DNA from: Hydrurus foetidus
Lineage: Eukaryota
DNA length: 64,000 bases
Assembly: GCA_900617105.1 (NCBI GenBank)
Contig: UYFQ01000506.1
Span: 248,001-312,000, forward strand
Direction of reading: 5' to 3'
Position numbers and translations under genes: made by a program. This document shows positions 55,258 through 64,000 of the stretch, in pieces (the first letter of the stretch is position 1; each line of letters opens with the position of its first letter). Under the pieces are notes generated by a model. The model saw nothing but the letters and a program-made list of their open reading frames with translations. It was not told the origin of the DNA and searched no databases.

Positions 55258-55560
55258 TTAGCGGGCCGAGACAGCCGAGCCCGAAGCCGGGTTGGCGGTG
55301 TTGTAGGCGCTCAGGGCCGGGCTGTTGATCTTGGCGACGGCGTCGCTGACCGAGGCGCGGATGCAGGCGGGGTACAGGTAGCCGGACATGGCTTCGCCGC
55401 GGACGTCCTGCCAGCAGACGGTGCTGGCGGCTTTGACGATCTCGGCGCGGACCTGCTCGGCGGACTTGCCGGAGACCTTGACGCGGAGTTCGGAGGCCGA
55501 AACGGGAGCGGCGACGGTCAGGGCGATGGCCGAAACGGCCAGGGCGATGGTGCGGATCAT
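55258..55560 (-). CDS. Small secreted UrcA-like protein
   Basis: Signal peptide; EIVKAASTVC..ACIRASVSDAVAKINSPAL two-Cys pattern. Confidence 0.7.
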   Translation of the reverse strand: MIRTIALAVSAIALTVAAPVSASELRVKVSGKSAEQVRAEIVKAASTVCWQDVRGEAMSGYLYPACIRASVSDAVAKINSPALSAYNTANPASGSAVSAR

Positions 55561-55829
55561 GTTGTGTAGTCCACGAAAGGGGGTTGGGTTCAACCTCCTC
55601 CCGACGCGTTCCTCTGACGGTCCTTCCGGTTCTCGCCTGCTCGGCCGTCGACAAGAGTCATAGTCTCGCCTTTTTGGGTTATCAACGATTATGTTGCGCT
55701 GCACCTGAATTTCTTCACGTCTGCCTCAACCTGAAGCGAGCGGCGAAGCGGGGTCTTGGCGGCGTCCACCAGGTCGGCAAGGCCCTACGGGCGCCGCAGC
55801 GCAACATGGACATGCCGTCGGCAATGCGC

Positions 55830-56876
55830 TCACCGTCTGCGGACGGGCTTTTTGACCTTGAGTGGCGCGGGCGGCGGTGGGGGCGGCGGCGTCCAGTCGA
55901 AGGCCATCAGCAGGGTGCGCTGGCCCGGCAGGCCGCCGTCGTCCGAGATCAGATAGACCCGGGTGGCGCCTGAAGGCGTGGTGCTCAGGGCCAGGCCCTC
56001 ATAGTTGTCGCGCGTGGTCGAACCGTCCAGATGCAGGCTGGCGACTGCGGTCTGCCGGGCGGGCGGCGCCATCGGATTGGCTACGAAACGCAGGATGCCG
56101 CGCCAGCCCCTGACGGGATCGAATCCCCGGTGGAAGGTGGCGATGGCCGGGCCGTTGAACGCGGTCATGGCCGTCAGGCCCCAGGTGAAGTCCGGACCCT
56201 GCTGCGGGGCCAGCGCCTGGCAGGCCGCCGACAGCTTGCACAGCCAGGTTTCGCCCTCCTCGCCGCCCACCAGATAGGCGTCCGGGCCGGCGGCGGGATA
56301 GGCGGCCAGGGCCTCCATGCCCTCGTTATAGGGGAAGATGGTGGCGGGCTTGGGCGCGGGGCGCGGCGGGCCGCCTGCCGCTGGATAGAGCCAGATTCGA
56401 TGGTCGCGCTCGAAGCTGATCAGGCGATCGCCAGTGGCCAGGATCGCCAGGCCCTCGGCGTCACCCTTTTCCTTGCCTTGCAGCGGCTGGCCGTCGGGAC
56501 CCTTCAGGCCCTCCAGCTTGCCGTCGCTCAGGCCCACCAGGCGGCCGGCCGGATCCAGGACCAGACGCGCCTGGAAGAGGTCGCCGTCATCGGTCACCGC
56601 CATCAGGCCGCCATCAGAGGCGATGGCCAGGTCCGACAGGCCGTGCAGGCGCGAGGTTTCGTTGCTGGTGATGGCGACGCCGCCCGCGAACACGAAGCCT
56701 TCAATCGTGGTCCGGGCCGGGTTGGACGCATCCAGCGGCACGGGGGTGGTCTGCAGGGCGATCTCTGGACCGGCCTTGACGGGAACCACGGGCAGGGGCG
56801 GCGGGGGCTTGCGGCCGCAGTGGCTCAGCATGCCGGCGGTCAGGGCCAGCACCAGGCCGATCCGCAGGCCGATCAT
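55830..56876 (-). CDS. Phytase-like esterase family lipoprotein
   Basis: GLSDL, DAEGLA, ISFER, NEGMEAL, DNYEGLA, YLISDD. Confidence 0.85.
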   Translation of the reverse strand: MIGLRIGLVLALTAGMLSHCGRKPPPPLPVVPVKAGPEIALQTTPVPLDASNPARTTIEGFVFAGGVAITSNETSRLHGLSDLAIASDGGLMAVTDDGDLFQARLVLDPAGRLVGLSDGKLEGLKGPDGQPLQGKEKGDAEGLAILATGDRLISFERDHRIWLYPAAGGPPRPAPKPATIFPYNEGMEALAAYPAAGPDAYLVGGEEGETWLCKLSAACQALAPQQGPDFTWGLTAMTAFNGPAIATFHRGFDPVRGWRGILRFVANPMAPPARQTAVASLHLDGSTTRDNYEGLALSTTPSGATRVYLISDDGGLPGQRTLLMAFDWTPPPPPPPAPLKVKKPVRRR

Positions 56877-58792
56877 GCAGGAACCTTGCGGGCCGCCTTC
56901 GGTGCGGAGGGCTGAACGGTCTGCAGCGGCGCCAGCAGGCGCGCGCCTTCTTGACGGCGCGGGGCTCCTCGTCGAACAGGGCGGCCAGTTGCTCGACCAG
57001 AACGCCGCCCAGTTGTTCAACATCAACGATGGTGACGGCGCGACGATAATAGCGCGTCACATCGTGGCCGATGCCGATGGCGATCAGCTCGACCGGGCTC
57101 TTGCCCTCGATCTCGGCGATGACCTGACGCAAGTGGCGCTCCAGATAGTGGCCCGAATTGACGCTCAGGGTGGAGTCATCCACCGGCGCGCCGTCCGAGA
57201 TCACCATCAGAATGCGGCGGGCTTCGGGCCGGCCGATCAGGCGCTGGTGGGCCCACATCAGGGCTTCGCCGTCGATGTTTTCCTTCAGCAGGCCTTCGCG
57301 CATCATCAGGCCCAGGTTCTTGCGAGCCCGGCGCCAGGGCGAGTCGGCGGCCTTGTAGATGATGTGGCGCAGGTCGTTCAGGCGGCCCGGAGCGGGCGGC
57401 TTGCCGGCCTTGACCCACTCGTCGCGGGACGTGCCGCCCTTCCAGGCGCGGGTGGTGAAGCCCAGCACCTCGGTCTTGACGCCGCAGCGCTCCAGCGTGC
57501 GCGCCAGAATGTCGGCGCAGACAGCGGCCACCATGATCGGCCGGCCGCGCATCGAGCCGGAATTGTCGATCAGCAGGGTCACGCAGGTGTCGCGGAACTC
57601 CTGGTCCTCTTCCTGCTTGAACGACAGAGGGGCGGTGGGGTCGATGATCACCCGGGTCAGGCGGGCGACATCCAGCATCCCTTCCTCGAGATCGAAGGTC
57701 CAGGCGCGGTTCTGCTGGGCCAGCAGGCGGCGCTGCAGCTTGTTGGCCAGGCGCGAGACCACGCTGGAAAGGGCCGACAGCTGCTGGTCGAGATAGGCCC
57801 GCAGCCGGGTCAGTTCCTCGGCGTCGCAGAGGTCCTCGGCCGGGACGATCTCGTCATAGCTGTTGGTGAAGATCTTGTAGGCCGGCTCGCCCGGCTGGGC
57901 GGGGCCGCTGTCAGGGGCGAGCCGGCTTGGCCGTCGCCCATCTCGGGGAGCTCGTCGCTGTCCTCGGGCTCGCCGTCCTGTTCGGACTGCACCATCTCCT
58001 CGTCGCCCGCTTCGGTTTCGCGGTCGGAGGTGTCGGTTTCCTGCGGGGTTGAGCCCTCGGACTGATCGCCCTCGCCCTCGCCCGGATCCTCGTCGGAGGT
58101 CTGGTCCTGCTGGTCCTGCTCGCCGTCGTCCTCGTCGGAGCTTTCGGTGGCGTCCGACATCTCCTCGCCCAGATCCAGGTCCCGCAGGATCTCGCGGCTC
58201 ACCCGGGCGAAGGCGGTCTGGTCGTCGATGGCGGCGGCCAGACGATCCAGGTCCTTGCCGGCCTTGGACTCGATGTCGGCGCGCAGGATGTCGACCAGGG
58301 CCTTGGCGCCCTCCGGCGGCGCGTCGCCGTCAGGCGCTCGCGGACCATCAGGCCCAGGATTTCGGCCATGGCCGACTGGCGGTCGGTGGCGACCGTGCGG
58401 GTCAGGCCCTGCTTTTCCAGGCGGTTCGAGCGCGGCCGTCAGGTTGGCGCGCACGCCGCCCATGGCGTTGGCGCCGATGGCTTCCAGCCGCGCCTGCTCG
58501 ATCGACTCGAAGGCTGCCTGACCGTCAGGCGAAGACGGACGGGCGCGTGCATGGGCCTGCGTGTCATGGTGGGCCAGACGCAGAGCCATCTGGTCGGCCA
58601 GGCCCCTGATGCGCGCGGCTTCCTTGCTGTTGAGGTCGCGCGGGGGATGGGGCAGCACCGCGCGCTTGCCCATCAGCACCGGGCCATCGCCCGAGAACAC
58701 CACCTCAAGATCGGGCATTTCGGCAAGCGAACGCGCGGCGTGCGCCAGGGCGCGCTTGAAGGTTCGGTCGGGCTTTCGGGCTTGGACGCCAT
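56873..58792 (-). CDS. cobT: Cobaltochelatase CobT subunit (vWA); frameshifted
   Basis: [51 protein letters not shown]. Confidence 0.94.
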
Positions 58793-58826
58793 GACTATCG
58801 GTTACCGGCCCCGGGCGGTGAAACAA

Positions 58827-58851
58827 GGAACGCTGTGCGCTCTGGCGGGTT
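58827..58851 (+). promoter_or_regulatory. SigT/EcfG-type general stress promoter
   Basis: GGAAC-N16-GGTT upstream of the DUF1328 gene. Confidence 0.7.
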
Positions 58852-58896
58852 GTTTTGTCAGAAGCGCTGCCGGCTTCCCAAACAAGGAAACGCATC

Positions 58897-59073
58897 ATGC
58901 TGAAGTGGGCCATCATCCTCGCCATTGTCGCCCTGATCGCCGGGGCCCTGGGCTTTACCGGCCTCGCCGGCGCGGCTGCGGGTGTCGCCAAGATCCTGTT
59001 CTTCCTGTTCCTGGTCGGCTTTGTGCTGGTGCTGCTGCTGGGCGGCGTCATCTTCAAGGGCGCGACCCGATAG
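58897..59073 (+). CDS. DUF1328 small membrane protein
   Basis: [38 protein letters not shown]. Confidence 0.95.
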   Translation: MLKWAIILAIVALIAGALGFTGLAGAAAGVAKILFFLFLVGFVLVLLLGGVIFKGATR

Positions 59074-59109
59074 GGGCAAGCGTCAGGGGGAGCGCCAGCG
59101 CTCCCCGTG

Positions 59110-60274
59110 CTAGCTTCAGGGGCCGCAAACGCCTTCGACTGCTCGCCGACCAGCGCCACCAGGTCGCCCATCGCCAGGTTCACGTCGATCAGGTGCAGGC
59201 CCCAGTCCTTCAGCGGCTGGCCAAAGACCAGGAGGTCACCGGTGATGTCGTCGACGCGGGGATCGGCCGGGTCGGCGTTCACATCCACCGACAGATAGGT
59301 GAAGTCGCCGGCGCTGACGCAGCGCCCCGAGACCAGGCCCGGCGCGGAAACGAACGGCGTCGTCACCTTCACGGACTTGGCCCAAGGCTTGGGCGTGGCG
59401 GCCGAAGAGCCCATGCCCCGGCGCCGAAATAGGCCTGCAGGGTACGGCGTCTGTCTGGGTCTTGCCGGCCACCAGGGCGGCGGGGTTGACGCAGGCCGAG
59501 CGCAGGCCTTGCGGATCGGTCCTGCCAAAGCGGCTGGTGGCCGGCGGCGGCGAGGAACTGCGGAACGACACATAGGACACCACGCAGCCGGTCTGGCTGG
59601 CGCTGGCGCAGGTCGGGATCGAGCCGTACTTGCCCGCCGCATCGACCGGCGTGTTCATGCCCAGGATCAGGGCCGAGATCATCTGCTTCTGGACCGGCTT
59701 GCCGTCGATCTCTTCCTTCAGCAGTTGCAGCAGCATCCGCGAGCCCTGGCTGTGGCCGATCAGGACCACGCCCCGGCCCTTGTTCTCCTGCGTCAGGTAA
59801 TGGTTCCAGGCGTCGCGCACGTCGGCATAGGCGAGGGCGGCGTCGCCGGCCTGGCCGCCCATCATCACCTTGCGCAGGGCCGCCAGGGTGATCTGGCGAT
59901 ACATCGGCGCATAGATCCGGCACTGGGCCCCGAACCGCGTGAGCTGGTGCTCGACCACCGAACGCTCGGCGGCGTCGATGCTCATGTCGCTGTTGCCGCC
60001 CGGATCGGTGGACACGGTCGGATAGACATAGAAGCAGTCCACCGGGCGCATTGGCGGCGGGCTTGAAGGCTTCGCTGCTGGCCTTGCCGTCGGCGGCGAC
60101 GATCGTCGTGGTCTGGTCGGTGGCGCAGGCATCGGCGCGACCCGGAAGGCACAGCCAGTTGTCGGCCTTGGCGTAGTCGTTCGGTGTGGCGGCGGCCGGC
60201 GTCTGGGCGCAGGCGGCGCTCCCCAGCATCAGGCCGGCGGTCAGGCCGATCGCGGCCAGCATGGTCTTGGACAT
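59110..60274 (-). CDS. DUF3089 alpha/beta-hydrolase; frameshifted
   Basis: WLCLP, DCFYVYPT, APMYRQIT, GHSQG, WGLHLIDVNL. Confidence 0.9.
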
Positions 60275-60428
60275 CGTTTCCCCACTTCGCGCTCAAACGC
60301 TTGTTTGGGAGACCATGGCAAAGGCGGCGGCCGCGCCAAGGCCCTGAGGTCCAGTTGCCATGGCTCTGGTTGTTGCGGCGCGGCGGAACGCCGTCCCGAA
60401 ACGGCACGTGTTTTTGAGTACGAACCCG

Positions 60429-61364
60429 ATGAAGACGCCGTTCAGGACCCTTTTGCTCGCCGGCTCGATCGCGGCCGCGACGAGCCTGGCCGCGCCGGCC
60501 CTGGCCGATGGCTATCCCGCCGCGCTCCAAAAGGCGCCGCCTGCGCGACCCGCGCCAGCCAAGCGACCCAAGCCCGTGACCAAGGTGGTCTATGTCGACC
60601 GTGTCGTCGAAAAGCCCGTCTATATCGACCGGCCGGTGGATCGCATCGTCGAAAAGATCGTCGAGCGCCGCGTCGAGGTGCCAGTGGTCAGGGTGGTGGA
60701 AAAGATCGTCGAGAAGCCGGTCTATGTGGATCGGCCCGTCGACCGCGTGGTCGAAAAGATCGTCAAGGTCCCGGTCGAGCGCATCGTCGAAAAGCCGGTC
60801 TATATCGACCGCGTGGTCGAGCGGCCGGTCCCTGCGGCGCGCGGCTGTGATTGCGGCCCGCGTCATGAGCGCCGGCGCGAGGATCACCGGGCCTCGGGCG
60901 GCGTGATCATCAGCGACGAAACCTACGAGTCGGAAAGCGCTCGCTACGAGGAGAGCCAGGAAAGCCGCTCCTGGGACGGGGCGGCCTATTATGGCGGCAA
61001 CCAGAACTTCTCCACCCGCTACGGCCTGGGCGGCGGCTGGCTGCCCCAGCCGGTCGATGTCGCTCCTGACCATCCTGTCGAGCCGCTCTATATCGGCGGC
61101 GGCTATGTCGGGCGTCCCTCCGGCGGACGGGGCGGCGGCTATTATGGCGGCGTGGTCGGCGGATCCGGCGGCGGCTGGGCGGGCGGTTCCGCCAGAAGCT
61201 CGGCCTCAGCCACAGCTTCGGCTTCGAGCTCGGTTCGCGTCACGGTCGGCGGCGGCGGCTCGGGTTGCGGCGGTTGCGGCGGCAAGCGCCACCAGGACTC
61301 TGTCTGCACCGGCAGCCAGCGGCGGGGAACTTGTCGCCCAGCGCGCGGATCTCGCCGGGCTTGA
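60429..61364 (+). CDS. Secreted protein with V/E/K/P-rich (articulin-like) repeats and Gly/Ser-rich tail
   Basis: Signal peptide; VEKPVY(I/V)DR x3 within a VEKIVE/VPV repeat block; true stop may be near 61295. Confidence 0.8.
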   Translation: MKTPFRTLLLAGSIAAATSLAAPALADGYPAALQKAPPARPAPAKRPKPVTKVVYVDRVVEKPVYIDRPVDRIVEKIVERRVEVPVVRVVEKIVEKPVYVDRPVDRVVEKIVKVPVERIVEKPVYIDRVVERPVPAARGCDCGPRHERRREDHRASGGVIISDETYESESARYEESQESRSWDGAAYYGGNQNFSTRYGLGGGWLPQPVDVAPDHPVEPLYIGGGYVGRPSGGRGGGYYGGVVGGSGGGWAGGSARSSASATASASSSVRVTVGGGGSGCGGCGGKRHQDSVCTGSQRRGTCRPARGSRRA

Positions 61365-61617
61365 GGCCCAGTTCGCGCATCCGATAGGCCACGATCTCGC
61401 GGATGGCCTCGACCGGCTCCGTGCCCCGATACGGGCTGGAGGCCACGGCGCCGACTTCCAGGGCCAGATCGACGGCCGCCCATTCGGCCCGGGCCCGCTC
61501 GGGCTTGCCGACCCCGAAATAGTGCCGGACGGGCGCGCGTTCGCCGGCGATCTCGACCATCACGCCGACAACCCAGCCTTGAACAAGAAGATCGGCGTCG
61601 GGGCGCTGGCGGAACAT
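61240..61617 (-). CDS. Hypothetical protein
   Basis: ORF with native codon use (GWVVGVMVE..AEWAAVD..GLKPGEIRALG); 3' end uncertain. Confidence 0.65.
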   Translation of the reverse strand: MFRQRPDADLLVQGWVVGVMVEIAGERAPVRHYFGVGKPERARAEWAAVDLALEVGAVASSPYRGTEPVEAIREIVAYRMRELGLKPGEIRALGDKFPAAGCRCRQSPGGACRRNRRNPSRRRRP

Positions 61618-61730
61618 GCCTGCTGCTTGGCGGTGCGCGGGGGCGCCGTCAACTGCCTGTCGATTTTGTCGCGCGAAGGCATTGTTGATCTCGACGCCTG
61701 CCAGGTTTAATATCTAATTTTGAGGGCGTT

Positions 61731-62368
61731 ATGCGGTTTCTTCTTCTGTCTGCTTTGCTTTTGGGCCCGATGGCGGAACCGTGTCGGCTCAAAGTCGCCA
61801 GCAGCAAAACCCTCTATCAGCCGCTAAAATCCAGCACGGAACGGCCCTGTCTCGAGCGCGACGGCTCAATGCCGACCATGCCTATGTCGCGGCGGTCGCT
61901 GAGTATGATGCTGTCGTGGCCTCGCAGCCAGACTTCGCCAAGGCCATTGCGAGCGTGCTTTCGCAAAGGAAAGCATGGGCGACTATGCTGGGCTATGGCC
62001 GATCACGACGAGGTTCTTCGGCTTGCGCCGGACCGCCCAAATTCCTGGAGCCACGCTGGCTGGATCCGTGCGCTACGCAACATCGAACTTGAACGGGCCC
62101 TGGCCTATTCCAACAAGGCCGTGGCCTTGAGGCGACGATCGATCCAGTCGACACGCGGGTTTTGTGCATTACCGGCGCTGGGTGGGCCATGGCGTTGGCC
62201 GACTACGACTCTGTCCTTAAGGCTTATCCCCGTTCAGCCAGCACGCTTTATATGCGAGGGGTCGTCACGCATGGAATCAAGGCGTCCGGCGACGCGGACC
62301 TCGCCGAGGCGCGAAAACTCGACAAGCAGATCGAGGTCAGGTGGACGGCGAGAGGCGTGACGCCGTAG
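61731..62368 (+). CDS. TPR-repeat exported protein; frameshifted
   Basis: WIRALRNIELERALAYSNKAV, ALADYDSVLKAYPRSASTLYMRG. Confidence 0.65.
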
Positions 62369-62380
62369 CGATTCAACCGA

Positions 62381-62500
62381 TCAACTGAAAGCCGCCTGGC
62401 TGATCAGACCCAGGGATAGCCACAGAGCCACGCCGAACATGGCGAGGTAGGCGCGGGGCATACGCCGGTGGTTGATCGAGTAGATGCGGCGCATGAGCAT
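62381..62500 (-). CDS. 39-aa single-TM small protein candidate
   Basis: MLMRRIYSINHRRMPRAYLAMFGVALWLSLGLISQAAFS*; GC3-rich codons. Confidence 0.45.
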   Translation of the reverse strand: MLMRRIYSINHRRMPRAYLAMFGVALWLSLGLISQAAFS

Positions 62501-62595
62501 GGATCGCCCGACGGCCTGTTTCTTCGGAGAAAGAAACGTCGCCGGATGATTTTGATGCGTCGGAAGGTCATTTGCCCGAGGTGGCGCTGGCCAAA

Positions 62596-62630
62596 GAAAA
62601 AGGGCGGGACCTTGCGGTCCCGCCCTTCGT
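62596..62630 (-). terminator. Intrinsic terminator after groEL
   Basis: AAGGGCGGGACC-GCAA-GGTCCCGCCCTTTTTCTTT on the minus strand. Confidence 0.9.
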
Positions 62631-62662
62631 CTTGTTGGTTCAGCAGGTGCTGACCGGACTTC

Positions 62663-63668
62663 TTAGAAGTCCATGTCACCCATGCCGCCCATGCCGCCGC
62701 CCGGAGGGCCGCCGGCCGAGGCCTTCTTGGGGGCTTCGACGATCGCGGCTTCCGTGGTGATCAGCAGGCCGGCCACCGAAGCGGCGTCTTGCAGAGCCGT
62801 ACGGACAACCTTGGCCGGGTCGATGACGCCGCCACGATCAGATCGACATACTGTTCGGTCTGGGCGTTGAAGCCGAAGGTGGCCGAGTCGCTTTCCAGAA
62901 CCGCCGACCACGATCGAGCCTTCAACGCCGGCGTTTTCGGCGATCTGACGGATCGGGGCCTGCAGGGCGCGACGGATGATCGCGATGCCGGCGGTCTGGT
63001 CGGCGTTGTCGCCGGTCAGGCCAGCCAGGGCCTTGGAGGCCTTCAGCAGGGCGACGCCGCCGCCGGGGACGATGCCTTCTTCAACGGCCGCGCGGGTGGC
63101 GTTGAGGGCGTCGTCGACGCGGTCCTTCTTTTCCTTCACTTCGACTTCGGTCGAGCCGCCGACGCGGATCACGGCAACACCGCCGGCCAGCTTGGCCAGA
63201 CGCTCTTGCAGCTTTTCCTTGTCGTAGTCCGACGTGGTGTCTTCGATCTGGCGCTTGATCTGGGCGATACGGGCTTCGATCGCGTCCTTCTCACCGATAC
63301 CGTCGACGATGGTGGTGTCGTCCTTGGTGATCGTGACCTTCTTGGCCTTGCCGAGCATTTCGAGCGAAACGTTCTCGAGCTTGATGCCCAGGTCTTCCGA
63401 CACGACTTGAGCGCCGGTCAGGATGGCCAGGTCTTCCAGCATCGCCTTGCGACGATCACCGAAGCCCGGAGCCTTGACGGCGGCGACGCGCAGGCCGCCA
63501 CGCAGCTTGTTCACGACCAGGGTGGCCAGGGCTTCGCCCTCGACGTCCTCGGCGATGATCAGCAGGGGACGGCCCGACTGAACGACAGCTTCCAGCACCG
63601 GCAGCAGCGGCTGCAGCGAGGAGAGCTTCTTTTCGAACAGCAGGATGAGCGGCTCTTCGAGCTGAACT

Positions 63669-63730
<62 letters not shown>

Positions 63731-64000
63731 TTCGACGACGTCGAGTTCAGTCTCGGCGGTCTTGGCTTCTTCGACGGTGATGACGCCTTCGTTGCCGACC
63801 TTGTCCATGGCCTTGGCGATCATTTCGCCAACGTCCTTGTCGCCGTTGGCCGAGATGGTGCCGACCTGGGCGATCTCGTTGTTGGTCGTGACCTTCTTCG
63901 AGGACGCCTTGATGTCGGCGACGACGATGGCGACGGCCTTGTCGATGCCGCGCTTCAGGTCCATCGGGTTCATGCCGGCGGCAACCGACTTGAGGCCTTC
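62663..64000 (-). CDS. groEL: Chaperonin GroEL (5' end outside window; compensating indels near 62830-62900)
   Basis: [35 protein letters not shown]. Confidence 0.98.

Noticed and set aside
60582..60833. CRISPR-like DNA repeats (GTCGAAAAGCC.GTCTAT..)
   Set aside because: In-frame, synonymously varying peptide repeats; no unique spacers or cas genes
62404..62571. Cys-rich RiPP-like ORF (..CSCAAS..CPAP..CSAWLCG..)
   Set aside because: Alternative frame of the 39-aa TM ORF, which has better codon bias; no modifying enzymes nearby

Overview
GC-rich alphaproteobacterial DNA, most likely Caulobacter (cdnL/fdxA/S4/helicase, rpmB, cobT, DUF1328, groEL order, CIR-like repeat, UrcA-like genes). The window has two parts. 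About 1-40.9 kb is an accessory region ending at the 3' end of tRNA-Arg(CCT) and dominated by redox, thiol and metal-stress genes. These include a tandem gor-gshA with DJ-1, PNPOx-FNR-ferredoxin and GST; a NifL-like PAS hybrid kinase; cyanase followed by a small soluble chemoreceptor; a bufferin-type RiPP locus (DUF2282-DUF692-DUF2063-DoxX) with an added TlpA; LysR/AhpD modules; and two YHS proteins. Two uncharacterised operons stand out: YHS-DoxX-like-ATP-grasp-MBL-amidase behind a SigF/ECF16-type promoter, and a convergent four-gene MsrQ-like::Rieske module. About 41-64 kb is mostly core genome. Many genes, including groEL, carry single-base frameshifts that look like unpolished long-read errors, so ends of frameshifted genes are approximate. 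All family calls come from motif recognition by eye, with no database search.
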